From NCBI GenBank assembly GCA_010093605.1, contig MU004181.1:124001-188000 (forward strand): a DNA stretch of 64,000 nt. The letters are read 5' to 3'. This document shows, one piece after another, positions 37,447-48,898 of the stretch; the first letter of the stretch is position 1; each line of letters starts with the position of its first letter. The DNA is from Lophium mytilinum (taxonomy: Eukaryota). Position numbers and translations under genes: made by a program. Below the pieces are notes generated by a model. It worked only from the letters and a program-made list of their open reading frames with translations, was not told the DNA's origin and did no database searches.

Positions 37447-38092
37447 TTAGTCGCCATAGAGGGAATCATCATCCACCCAATCGTCTAACTCACATAGTCA
37501 GCGAACAATTCCCAACAGTGGCATGCATCTTGAGCAAGCGTGCCGCTTTGCTGCGCGGAAAGCAGCTAGATAACACTCACCCTCGTCTACACCCTCGCCA
37601 GGCGTGCCCTCCTCGTCGGCCACATCCGCGGTGAAGAGCTCCTCGTTGCCCTACAAATGCAGCGTGTCAGTCACTTGGTCTCCGCGTAGCTATACGCGCA
37701 GAGGCATTGGGATGCGTGGGCTGCCATACCTGCTCCGCCGAGGAACTGGGCACGGCTGAAATCGACTCGGAGGCCGACGAGTCACTGGCTACGGCGTTGT
37801 CGATGGTGCCGGGGGCGCCTGTAGGCGTAGGTGATTGTGCAGAACCGGTCTCAGGGCTGGCCGAATCGCGCTGTGGTGCCGCAGCGTCAGCGGAGACGAA
37901 GAGGGATCCGCCAGCGCTTCTGGGTCTGCTCGGGCGTGTGGTGGAGGGTGGGGGGGTGATGCTGGCCGTGTCCGCGAATATACCAAAGCGTGCCGAAATG
38001 TCTTGCAGCAGCATGCGGCGGCGGGGTGCGAGCAGGGTTGGCGCGCTCTTTGACGTTGCGCCCTGCTGGACATTTTCCTTGCCGGGGGCCAT
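37447..38092 (-). CDS. 156-aa disordered protein, 3 exons (38092-37730, 37650-37581, 37484-37447), KEN and D-box-like motifs
   Basis: Introns GTATGG..CTGAC..TAG and GTGAGT..GCTGAC..TAG keep the frame. Protein: MAPGKENV...RRRMLLQDISA...SSAEQ|GNEELF...GVDE|DDWVDDDSLYGD*. Confidence 0.7.
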
Positions 38093-38894
38093 CTTGAATA
38101 GGCCTTGAAGAGGATGCGCTGTGCGGAAAGGTGTGGCAGGAGGGGGAGGTGCGGTTTGGGCTGGCGTGGACGACGACGCAGGCTTGCCCAGCAGATACGC
38201 CAGCCTCCTAATTTAAATTCTTCCCCGCGCTCACGGAGACGGCCTCATTGCCGCCGAAACAGAGTTTTCTTTACACGTAAGGAACAGAAAACGAGTGATG
38301 ATTAGTCACACTTGGGCCATCATGGGCGTCAAGTCGGGCGGAGAGAGCTGAGTATATGGGAATCGGGTAGTCTTAGGGGGGTTTTCTGCTGCAATATAGA
38401 GCTAGACGTACACGCTATGTGGGAATAAAGTTATGAACTTGTCCTTCACAGCTCAGGGCTAAATCTAACACATGGAACACTTGATGAAACATCTTCGTAG
38501 GGCGGGGTCAGTATGCGAGATATGCACGCGGGCGCTTGTTTTACAACTTCATTTTGATTCATTCTACTGCAGGTTTGGAAGATTATGAAAAGAAAAGCAA
38601 GTGACGTTCCCTTTCGAGCCCACCAGTTGCATTGATGCCCGAGAAGCAACCTCTACTACCATGTGTTGCCGCCCATTTTTATGTGCCTTTCCGCCAGACA
38701 GATGATAGTAGTACCACTGACTATCGCAATACCGTAACTCAGCCTTCCCACCTACGTCCCTGTCGGCCTTCTGACAGTCTATCATCTCTGGGAAACCTCA
38801 GCAAGGCCCTCGCACTCCCTCGCCGAATGTCCTGTCATTACTACCTAGTTCAGCGGTCAGCAAAGGACACCGGCAACATAGATAGATGTACTAC

Positions 38895-40770
38895 TTACTC
38901 TCGCCAGTAGCCAGGGTAGAACGCAGATCGGGCCATGTGCGGGTCGTCATCCTCGTTTGGCTGCGTGCTTGCGTCTCGGCGAGCTTGAGAGCTTCCAGCG
39001 GGAGCTGGCACTGGCGCCTCATTTGCAACCATTCCAGCACCGTAGTTGGCGAGTACCCTGTAATGGCTCTCGAATGGATCAGCTCTCGGTGTCGCGAACT
39101 CCGCTAACTCCTCCGCGAACCAATTTGGCTCCTCGTCCGTAGCCTGAGTTATCATGAGCATGGAGGGATCAACAGTAAGGTCCGTGATGCCAGCATCTGT
39201 CTGGTTCCTAATTTCTTCCGGTATCTCGTTCATGGAGGCATCAATGGACGGATCCAATTCCTCGCCCATGCCGCTGCCCTGGGTCTCCGCGACGCGGTCC
39301 CCCGAGACCCCTGAGCGCTGGGGGTCGTACGCGCGAGATGGGTCCATCCCTCTGGCCTCACAGATTCCAAGTGCATCATCGTAGTCGTAGAGTGCGATAT
39401 TGAAGCTTGTCTGTGCGGCATCGAAGCTCGCCTGTGCGGCATCGACGGTTGCTCTTGTGGCATAGACGCTTGCTCTTGCGGCATCAAGGACTGCCCTTGC
39501 GGCACTGGAGTTTGCTTCTGCGGCATCGAGGACTACCCTTGTAGCTTCGTAGCGAGCCAAACAGGCGGCATCAGACTCAGGCTCCTCGTTGAGGCCGTGG
39601 CGGGGCTGATAAGGGTTAACGAGCGCACGCTGGGCTATGGCTTGCATTTGCTCAACTGGTCCAACTCCAGGGCGTTGCGCGAGCGCGGAGTTGACGGGAC
39701 CACGGCCGGTGGATGCGCGCACCTGTCTAGCCCGAGGGTGGTGAGCTTGTGCACCTGCTTCATCTCTCTCCCGTTCTTCTTGCATCAAGGCCTGGTGACG
39801 GGCATTGCGCTCGGCCATGGTCAAGCGAGGGCGGCGCGGTGGTGTAGCTGTCACTACATCGTCCCCCTGGCCTTGCGCGAGTGCGCTGTTGCGGGAACCA
39901 CGGCTGGTGGCTAGACGCAGCTGTTCGGTGTGATGGCGAGGATCATGTGGAGATGCCACTGCTCTACCTCCCAAACCATGCGTGCCCCTGGCGTCGGGGA
40001 AGTAACGGTCAGGGCGTACGGAAACCCGTCCGACACGGGTTTGATAGGTATTTGGCGCCGCTTGGGGTTCGTCCTCTTCTTCTTCATCCTCGTCTTCCAT
40101 GGCCTCAGTGTTGAGGGAACCACGGCCAGTAGCACGTGGGGTCGGTCCAGCACGAGGTCGCTCAGCCTGCCGAGAACCTGCTCCTCCACCTCCCTGGCTC
40201 CGCGTGACATTAGTGGCGAGGGAACCGCGGTTGGTGCTTGTCGTGCGCTCTCCAGAAGAGTTGCTAAATGGAAGTATGGTTTCATCATGGCCCAGCACCT
40301 GCGAGGTGCTGAAGCGGCGACCTGGAGTCGTAGCAGGCTGAGCGACGATCACTCCCGTGGACGAGTGGCGGCCTTTGAGTGCAATTGTCTGGCGCTTGGG
40401 CTGGCGCTCGGAATCGCTGTCATCGTCGGACTGCTCGGCGGGGGGAGCAAGTCCTCTGAGCGCGGAGGTGATTCCTGTCTTAGAGGCGCGCCTCTTCCTC
40501 TTCTTCGCGCTCGGTTGCGAGTTACTGCTCGCGTCGCCGCACCTGTGGCAATTATGCTGGCCTGCCTTCTTACAACGCTCGCAGGTGTCGTGGCCGGGGC
40601 GCATCCAGCAGGGACCCTTTTTTTGCCTACGACAGTATGTGCCTTGTCCATGCTGTTAGCTTGTGGTGTACAGGTTATCATAGGACGCTGAAGTACTCAC
40701 AGCAATTGCGTCCAATCTGCTTGACAGCGTCTTTGGGGACGTCCTCTTCCTTCCCTTTTTTGGGCGCCAT
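38895..40770 (-). CDS. Zn(II)2Cys6-like protein with long low-complexity and coiled-coil region, 2 exons (40770-40701, 40642-38895)
   Basis: Intron GTGAGT..GCTAAC..AAG (40700-40643) gives CTYCRRQKKGPCWMRPGHDTCERCKKAGQHNC. KKRKRR is NLS-like. Ala-rich heptads (LDAA/VDAA/FDAA). Confidence 0.8.
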
Positions 40771-41409
40771 GAACGTAGCGGCCTCGAAATGGGCGGCGAC
40801 GTCTACGAGGTGGGGAACGACCACGGCGCTGGGTATCTGTGGAGCAGCGCGAGGGGTGATGGAGTTATTGGCGTGCGGACCAAAATGTGGAGTGGAAGTT
40901 GAAGAGGTGGATGGCGAAAAAGTGGAGAGGAAGGTGGAGAGTTGGAGGGGCGGGCGACGAGCCTTTACACTGTTGACTGGAGTTGTGTGAATGGTGCCGC
41001 CTCGCAAGAGCAGGCGATGCCCGTCTTCCAGGATACCTTGCCGAGATTGAGATCGTTTTCGTGATTAGTGCAGTGCCGAGCAGAAAGTTGCGAACTGCGA
41101 GATGATGGTGTCGTAGTGTTGTGAATAGAAACCACTGGCCGCAGGACGTTAAAGTCTCCACGCCCAAGCACATGAAACTCTCGGCGGGCAAACATGGATG
41201 TCAAATCACTGCCTGCGAGGGGGCAAAAAGCTGTGTTTCGCATAACTCATTGTGCCATAGTGCGCTGAGCTTTATTTTGTTCGCCGCTCGCTACACTTCC
41301 TCACGTTTCTCTACACGCGCTAAACCATCACCACCAGCCCGCAACTTCAATAACCAGCAGCAAAAGAACACAACGTCTATAGATAGAGCCACATAGACAT
41401 ATCAAAAGC

Positions 41410-41531
41410 AAAAAAATGTTTTCCTCGTAAGGACTCTAGGCGAATACCGCCTGCTCGGGACTCGAACCCAGCATGTTCCTATGATGATTGTCAGCATGTT
41501 TCATTACCACCCTCACCACCGGGGTGAGGGC
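41410..41531 (-). ncRNA. Putative Pol III small RNA, unrecognised family, copy 2
   Basis: TATATAT at 41562 (-31). GCCCTCACC-CCGGT-GGTGAGGGT, TGGTAATGAAAC, GCTGAC..TAG (41479), GGTTCGAGTCC, GAGTCCTTACGAGGAAAACA, T7. Confidence 0.7.
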
Positions 41532-42213
41532 GGGGTACAGTTCGAACTGTAGGAAATATATAGCTAAGGTCAGGGCCGAGCCCCTCCTCCCCATTTCCCC
41601 CCCACGGCATTTTAACTAGTACTACCACAACCCGCAGAGCTCCTAGGCTAAGCTTGCTTTCTCAGCGAGTTGAGTCTTCGCCCTGCGCCAGGGGTGCCCC
41701 GCCCATAGGGAAAATAAGAAGCTATTGGCGAATTTTGCGCCTGCGAGCCGCAGGGCCCTGCCACCTGTGCCACCAGCCGCCACGCAACACTACCCTCCCG
41801 AACTGAATGTTCTACTTTGGCCGCGGCCTCCTTATGCACTGTGCTTTCTTCGTCCCCCATACTCCTTGGCAGGGCGTCTTCCTCAAGGGCGCCATCACGC
41901 AGCCGTTGTCACCAAAAGCTGTGCCCCATCGGGTTGTTTGGCTGGAGCGTCTTCGCCTCCTACCTGCACGCCCTGTACGGCTACACATGTGTCACTCATG
42001 TTAGGTCAATGGAGAATCATCCAGCGCCGTCTGTCTACGCTCATCATCCTCTAGAAATCTTCAACCCAGGCTACAGCTTCTGGCATCACAAACGCGACCT
42101 CGCCCGCTCCATCCCTCCAGCACTACAAACAACCATCGCTTTCCATATTCCTCTACTCTCTCTACTCTTCCACGAATCCGTCAACCCAGCGCCCCCTCCA
42201 TCCCTCGCATCCA

Positions 42214-43458
42214 TCACTCGCGCTCAAAGAACTTCTTAAAATTCTCATGCCAATAATGCCACTCCGACCACCCCCCCTCGTCCACAAGCTTCTCCACTCT
42301 CCTCCCCTCCACCCTCACGCTCTCCGGCGGCACCGCCCCACCCCACAGCAAATCCTCCTCCTCCTGCCACGGGAACAGCTTCTTCCACACAAATCCAATC
42401 AAATCCTCTCCGTCACTGAAGTACGCCCGAGCGTGGATCGTCGTCATGCTTTCCGGCATATCATCAAGCGTGAGGATGGGGCGGTTTGCGCATTCGGGAG
42501 CGCAGCGCTCGATGATTGCTAGCGCTTCTGAGCGCGGGAAAGCCTGGCCGATTGTGAAGGAGCCGGGGAAGTCGGGGCGGGGGGTTAGGGAGGGGAGGGG
42601 TGGGCCTGCTCTGGGGGCGGGACGGGATGGACGGGGACGGGTAGGTATACTAGGGCGAGGGTTGAGATACCGGTTTAGGAAAACAGGGGCAAAGGGGAAC
42701 TGGCTGGTTCGGAGACCGACAGAGAGGTTGGCTCTCAGGCCGGGGGAGGGATTTGCTCTGCGAGCTAGAGGAGATTGGCCGACTGGAAGACCTAGGGTGA
42801 AGCCAACGTCGCCAGGAGTTGGCGTGAAAGGACTGATTGTAGGAGCCCTCGGAGTGGCCTGGGCCGGGGTAAATGGACTGACCGTGGGAGCCCTTGGAGT
42901 GACTTGGGCTGGCGTGAACGGACTGACCGTGGGAGCTTGGGGAGCGTATAAGAATCGACGACCATCGATTGCGTTCCATTCGCGACTAGGCGTATGAGGG
43001 TGTCCAAGAGAGGGTGGGAGCCGACTAGTGGAGGGAGTTAGAACAAAAGGATCTGTATGAGTACCTTGATCGACATAAAGGATTGCAGCTGCTGTCGCGG
43101 GAGAAGTGTGTTGCTCTCCGATTCCAGTCAAGCCACTATCTGTCTGCGGGGCGTCATTAGACCGATGCGGCCTATGTAGTCCGGAGGAAGAAGTACGAGG
43201 AATACTATGGCCTGCTTGATCGTCCTCTGGTCGACTTGCACGAGATGAGCGGAGAGGATGAGCTGGTGCTACGCTTGGTTCCTGAGGTGTGGGCTTAGGA
43301 TGCCGAGCGAGTGGACTCTTGCTAGAGCGTGAGTGTTGTTCCATGTTTGATTCAGATTCGGAGGCTGGTGTTGTAGGTTTGTCGTTAATCCTGCTAGGAA
43401 GGCAATCTCGGACGGGTCCACGATGGTAGATCTCACGGCTTGGGATCAGGTCATACAT
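42214..43458 (-). CDS. Family C domain at the C-terminus of a Pro/Ser-rich protein
   Basis: C-terminal PDFPGSF...IHARAYFSDGEDLIGFVW...EW..WH. About 3 copies of the 15-aa repeat APTVSPFTPAQ(V/A)TPR at ~42815-42936. Confidence 0.75.
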   Translation of the reverse strand: MYDLIPSREIYHRGPVRDCLPSRINDKPTTPASESESNMEQHSRSSKSPLARHPKPTPQEPSVAPAHPLRSSRASRPEDDQAGHSIPRTSSSGLHRPHRSNDAPQTDSGLTGIGEQHTSPATAAAILYVDQGTHTDPFVLTPSTSRLPPSLGHPHTPSREWNAIDGRRFLYAPQAPTVSPFTPAQVTPRAPTVSPFTPAQATPRAPTISPFTPTPGDVGFTLGLPVGQSPLARRANPSPGLRANLSVGLRTSQFPFAPVFLNRYLNPRPSIPTRPRPSRPAPRAGPPLPSLTPRPDFPGSFTIGQAFPRSEALAIIERCAPECANRPILTLDDMPESMTTIHARAYFSDGEDLIGFVWKKLFPWQEEEDLLWGGAVPPESVRVEGRRVEKLVDEGGWSEWHYWHENFKKFFERE

Positions 43459-43625
43459 GTACTTGCGTGCGGGAGAAAGTGCGCAGAGTGGAGCAAGCTA
43501 CTATATACGCAGACTATCACGCATTTTGATCACGCTGTCACTTCGTACTATGCATGGAATTAGATCTTAGACTAAGATTTCGTGAAAAAGTTTGCCTTTG
43601 CCTCTATTCAAACTCTTGCGGAAGC

Positions 43626-44108
43626 TTAACGGCCTTCTCTCTTCCTATTACAGTATCCTCCAAGTGCAGTATGCCATAGTTGCCATTCATTCAACTCATT
43701 AGCGTCGTCTTCAAGATCTTCGCCCCATACCAACGTCCCATCAGGAGGATCCCCAACTCTCCCACCATCTGGAGCTATCGCACTTTCTTCGTTGCATGGA
43801 AGAGCCCAACCCATCGCTGTCTGATCATCTATTGCGCCGACCCATTGTAATTCGTAGTGCCCTGAATTCAGAAGACCTCCGCGCCAGAGAATCCCTACAA
43901 GATCTTGCCCATTGGTGAAGTAGTTCGACGCATAAAGCACTACCAACGAAGTGGACTTCGGTATTTCATCCAGTCCAAAAGAGATATCTTCTTCTGAGTC
44001 GCCCGCATCTCGGATGAGTTTCATGACGTTGAAGTCATCAAAGGGGCCGAATTGGAATGAGCCCGGAAAGTCTGTCTTTGGCATCGGGAAAGAGTAAGAA
44101 GAAGCCAT
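43626..44108 (-). CDS. Family C small acidic protein (160 aa)
   Basis: ATG 44108 with TATATATA ~30 nt upstream. DFPGSFQF, LYASNYFTNGQDLVGILWR, GHYELQW.GA.D, PPDG.L.W, EW..W. Confidence 0.8.
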   Translation of the reverse strand: MASSYSFPMPKTDFPGSFQFGPFDDFNVMKLIRDAGDSEEDISFGLDEIPKSTSLVVLYASNYFTNGQDLVGILWRGGLLNSGHYELQWVGAIDDQTAMGWALPCNEESAIAPDGGRVGDPPDGTLVWGEDLEDDANELNEWQLWHTALGGYCNRKREGR

Positions 44109-44252
44109 GATGGAGTTTAGAACGGCCGGTGGCTCTATATATACACGAACGCAAGGAACAGCACAGAACGTAGCAAGCTGACACAAACGCAATGTATCAC
44201 ACGCTATAGTCCGGCCCCAACTCTACACTTCACATGCGCCCGGATCATCCGA

Positions 44253-44819
44253 CTACAACTCCTCGAACATGGTTGCCTGTACCTCCACTCCTTCTGGAAA
44301 CCCCTCTTCCAAGTCAACCGGGAATCTCATCTTGAAATAGAAGTTCAACTGGCTGTTCCAAATCCTCCATTCAGTCGATTCCTTGCCGATGTTTTCTGGG
44401 CCGAGAAGCTGCTCCACCATAGGTTCTGTGAGCCGCCATGCTAGCAGCCCATCAGGCGGATTGCGAACCTTGCCGTCCCTCTTGATCTCATATATGACTT
44501 GGTATGGTATCTGCCAAACATCCACCGCTTCGTTATCCAGTGCCCCAGCCCACTGGAATTCGTAGTGCCCTGTACCGTCTGAGCCTGTGCGCCAGAGAAT
44601 CCCGATGAGGTCAAGCCCATTTGTGAAGTAGTTTGCCGCGTGGATTGCTAGTACTGTGGGCTCTGCTTGAGGGATGTCGGTTGATTGTAGTTTTCCTCCA
44701 TTGACACCCACTTGCTTGACGAGGTCCAAGACGTTGTCCTTGTGGAAAGGGCTGAACTTGAAGGGGCCGGCGAAGTCATCTCTGGGGCTTGGATTGAAGA
44801 AAGAGATGAAAGAGGCCAT
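44253..44819 (-). CDS. Family C small protein (188 aa)
   Basis: ATG 44819. Close paralogue of the neighbour (NYFTNGLDLIGILWR..GHYEFQWAGALD..PPDGLLAW). Confidence 0.8.
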   Translation of the reverse strand: MASFISFFNPSPRDDFAGPFKFSPFHKDNVLDLVKQVGVNGGKLQSTDIPQAEPTVLAIHAANYFTNGLDLIGILWRTGSDGTGHYEFQWAGALDNEAVDVWQIPYQVIYEIKRDGKVRNPPDGLLAWRLTEPMVEQLLGPENIGKESTEWRIWNSQLNFYFKMRFPVDLEEGFPEGVEVQATMFEEL

Positions 44820-45245
44820 GGTGTAGGGAAGGGAGGACGGTGGGTTCCAGAAGTGATAGGAAGTTGAACAGCACACGCTTTAAGGTTGGATTATTACAGG
44901 TCGTTTTATGCGAACAACGAACAAAAACGGTGAATCTGGATGCAGTGAAAGCGCAGTCCCTTAGCAATGGACCAAATATTGTACTGTCTCATAGCATCCT
45001 ATTGTCCACATCCTCACCACATTGAGCCACTTCAACCCGTCATACCTGAATAGCAACATGAGTCTCTCTCACTCACAGTATCAAACTTCACCCTATTCAA
45101 TCACGCTCTAGATTGTTCTCTACCTTCACTCTTGATTCCACAATCTACGCTTTATAAATCTGTCCCCCCCGACCATCTCTTTGACAAGCAGCGACCGACA
45201 TTTCCACAACCTCAACAAACCAAACAACCCATCAAAACCAGCACC

Positions 45246-45659
45246 ATGTCGACCGCATCCCTCCCCTCCGCCGACTTCGCCGGCGCCCTCCACCTCGGCT
45301 TCATCACCGCCGCCACCGCCTGGTCCGCCATCCACGCCCACGACCCCGCCAATGCCACCATCCCCGGCTTCCGCGAAGAAGACCTGCCCGACGACATTAT
45401 CTGGATCTTCGCCGACGCGTTCTGGGACAACGGAGACGACCTGCTGGCGCTGTCGTGGCCGCACGCGGGAGAAGATGGAGAGGTTGGAGAGCGATTGGGC
45501 GCCGTGTGGAAGCTGACGTGGGTGGAGAAGCCGGAGTTCGCGGGCACGCCGTGGTTCGTGTTGCGGAAGGAGAGCGACGTGGAGAAGGAGATGGAGGATT
45601 GGGGCGAGTGGTGTGCGCGGGTCTGGAGGTGGGCTGTGGCTGAGACGGCGAACGAGTGA
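45246..45659 (+). CDS. Family C small protein (137 aa)
   Basis: ATG 45246, TATAAA at ~45153. DFAGALHLG, IFADAFWDNGDDLLALSW, W..W; GC3-rich codons. Confidence 0.75.
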   Translation: MSTASLPSADFAGALHLGFITAATAWSAIHAHDPANATIPGFREEDLPDDIIWIFADAFWDNGDDLLALSWPHAGEDGEVGERLGAVWKLTWVEKPEFAGTPWFVLRKESDVEKEMEDWGEWCARVWRWAVAETANE

Positions 45660-46419
45660 GGGGAGGAGGTTAGATTGGTAGAAGTTCTGGCGGGAGAGGG
45701 AGTCTGGCACGTGGTTTTTGGGGGTTATATCGGCGGTGGGGGGTGGATATTCGGGAGTTTTGGGGGTTTTTTCGGACGGAGTGGGCGGGATTTGGCAGAC
45801 TTCGAGAGTGATAGATGAAGTTTTCGATCCTCGTGAAAAATGATCCTTATGTCACCAGGATGGTATTCTGTACCTTGCTATAGAACTCGTGTAACCTCGC
45901 TGCCACTGTTTGGAGGACTCCAGTGTATCAGTAAAACTTTGGGCAAATAGATACGCGCCGAAGCTGTGTACGCCAATCACGTGCACAACACCCCATCAAA
46001 CTGTTCGCGAAATCTCGCCTCTCAATCGTACCAACACCAACACCACAACGCAAGATCTTCCGCCTCGGAACCAACGAATCCCTCAACCGAGACCATCGTT
46101 ACGATCGCAGCCGCACCAAGATCAAGAAAGAACATGAAAATCTCGAAACGACCGACGCTCCCTCCCGACACTGGCCGGAGCAGAGATTCACATAATTCGG
46201 ACAGGCACCAATCCCGCTTCTCACATCCGCGCGGTGACTTTGTAAATATCCATCCGTCGACTCCTATGGCTAGCTGTAAGACTGACAGCGGCAGGAGATA
46301 CCGTTCGACGAACCTGGAGCCAAACGAGTGCGCCGCAGCACGACCGGAGATGACGAGACACAAAGGAATCGTGTCGTTACGACGAGTCTGGAGAAAAAGC
46401 AGTGGGCCGCGCCACAGCC

Positions 46420-46908
46420 TGTCGGCATCGATCCTATGACAAACCTCGGCGACGTCTATATCAAGTTCATCGACGTTGCTGGTGGCACAAAAGCCATCAA
46501 CCGCCTCGATGGTCGTTACTTCAACAGCCAGGTTGAAGGCGGCGTCACTCGCTGCGTCCGCACTTGACGCAGAGGAGGATTGGAACATGCCCACCTTGAC
46601 CCGCATCGCTAAGGGCAAAGACCGCAAAGTTAATAAGATCAAGATTCGCAAGGAGAGAGGTATATGGGGAACTGCTCATACTTGGCATAATCGTGCTAAA
46701 ATCTTCACATCGCAACTTCGTGGAATTCAGATTCGGCAGCGCCTACGAGGCCCTTGTCTTCAAGTAGGAGCTCATGGACGACGAGAACTAGGAGCCGACC
46801 ACCATCGTCTATGCACCAAACCCGTGCGACGTCCATAGTGGCATGATCACTGCAGAGCCTGTCTCTGATGCCATGTACAAGATTCGATCCCCAGGCTCGG
46901 AGGAGTAA
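46420..46908 (+). pseudogene. Split fragment resembling the C-terminal RRM/UHM of RBM39/Pad-1-type splicing factors, with an intervening decayed segment
   Basis: VGIDPMTNLGDVYIKFIDVAGGTKAINRLDGRYFNS (46420-46528) and SGMITAEPVSDAMY (46837-46878). The intervening frame FRFGSAYEALVFK*ELMDDEN*EPTTIVYAPNPC carries TAG stops. Confidence 0.55.
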
Positions 46909-47590
46909 GCGCGACAACGGTACTCTTCGATATCTATCGACCAGGAGCCTGAGGTGACTGGAATGAAGAGTCTGATAGTGAACATCGCGATGATAGCCGT
47001 GATAGGGAGCGCGCCCTTAGCTTCGAACTGACGTTTCGGCAACAGGGATGGAGGGATTCTTTTTCGAGATGTCAAGTAGACCTTCGAATCTATCAACGTC
47101 ATGGGAACATTGCACTTGATCCAGTCTGGTCTGAAGAGTGATGTCTTCTTGATCTAATGCTTCGTTATAGGCTGCGTGAGTGGCTTCAGAGCATTCCAAG
47201 CATTGCGAATGTGATAGAGCTCCAGCATTTTGGACAGCCGCCTCCGGATTGAACGCCCAACTCTGAGGCGATGCCACTTATTACACTCTAACGGAAATGA
47301 GTCTTAAATTGTGGATTCAGCGGCACTCACTAGGTGTCCGGGGCAGAACCGCTTGTATATTTACTTCACATTTCATCTAGTTCAGGACATTAATGGAAGA
47401 AGCTGATACAGCCGCAGACAAACGCACACCGCAATCTACCTAGGCGAGGTTCACAGACCGAGCGCAAGAAACTAGAGTTCACCGTATTTCGGAAGTACGT
47501 GAAAAGATCTCTGATGTCATACAGAACTGTAAGCCCAGCCTAACAACAAAGCTAGTGCCGAGTTACCAACTTCCATTACTAGAAGATCCC

Positions 47591-48898
47591 TCAATCTGCA
47601 TTCACCTCCGCGAGACGCTTATCCATATACATGAGATGCCTCAAGTTCTCTTCGCCAAAAGCACATAGACGATCAACGAGGCCCTCCATAATCCCGATCG
47701 CGCAAACGAGCTTGGTCCGCTCTCTCCAATTCAGCGTGCTACTGAAATATCCCGAGTGATACTCGGTAATATCCTTTATTTCCTTCTCGCTGAGGGGTTT
47801 GATCTCTGAATTGCCCAACAGGAAATGGCGCCGGATGCTCTCCTCATGCTTGTCGAACGCTTGAAGGAAGTTGGCGCAGAACTCATACGTGATGTTTTTC
47901 CTGCCACACTTCTGGCGCAACTTAGTGAAGAAGTCGCCCGATGTGTCAACCGTGTAGTTGATGTAAGCGTGTGTATGGTGCTGGAATCCCCCCTTCTGCT
48001 TCGAGATCTGAAAATGTTCCGAGGTAAGTCCTCCAATCCCAATGCGTCGAATATTCGAGTTGTCGTAGAATAGTGTCGGATCCAACAAACCCTCGAGACT
48101 TCGGAAGAAGAACGAGCGGATGTCCCCATATCGGCTGGAAAGAGAGAGCTTTTCCAAACGTCGTGTTGCAATGTCCCAATCGTCGACATCGAAGCAATGC
48201 GAACGTAGGAAAGATCTGGAGAGCTCGTATAGCTCCTTGTTGACCATGGTGATGGCCATATAGGTGCTAATGGAACGAACATCATGGCTGTGTGAAGCTT
48301 CCATGATTCTGTTCGAGCCGTCTCTATGAGGCGCGGCCTGCCAAAGCTCACTTACGGTCTGCCCCTTCCCGAAGGCACGTTCCAGGCACTCTAACTTCAA
48401 CTCGATTAGAAGGCCCAAGAAGTTTCGAGTTGGCTGCCACCCTGGAACTGCCACTCTGGGGAGCAGAAGCGTCAATAGGTTGGATTTTGTCGACGGGACC
48501 TTTGGAACACGGCCAGAGGAAGTGGGCGATCGATAGCAAGGCTTGGGGGCGGACTCGGAGTCATCTTCCCCGGATGTCTTTTCGTCTGCATTGTCATCGG
48601 ACTCCTTCTCGGCAAGGGCCGCCAGCTTTTGCTCCAACGTCTGGATGAGCGCTGCAGACTTCCGGATCTTCTTCACTTGCTTAGACGCTCGCTTATCATC
48701 TCCATCTGCTCCTCGGCCGTCGAGCAATATGACAGATTTAGCAGGGGAAGATTCGCTGTCATCCGGCATACTGGGACTCTGTGTACGCTTGGTGATCGCC
48801 ACCCCCACCTCATGCACACGTTTCCGCTCGCGGTTTAACTGCTTCTGCAATGCTTGCGCTGTCTCTCGACCCTTGCATTTCTTTTAATTCTTTGCCAT
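47591..48898 (-). CDS. Family B protein; probable ATG 48898 is followed by TAA at codon 5 (pseudogene or downstream start)
   Basis: FLGLLIELKLECLERAFG, APH.DGSNRIM...HS.D...ISTYM..., F.ANF...HEE..RRH.LL..S.IKPL are shared with the other family B members. Confidence 0.7.

Noticed and set aside
39930..40691. Long antisense/overlapping ORFs (also 42446..42997, 11209..11790, 46022..46651)
   Set aside because: Shadows of GC-rich genes or pseudogenes on the opposite strand, with no motifs of their own.
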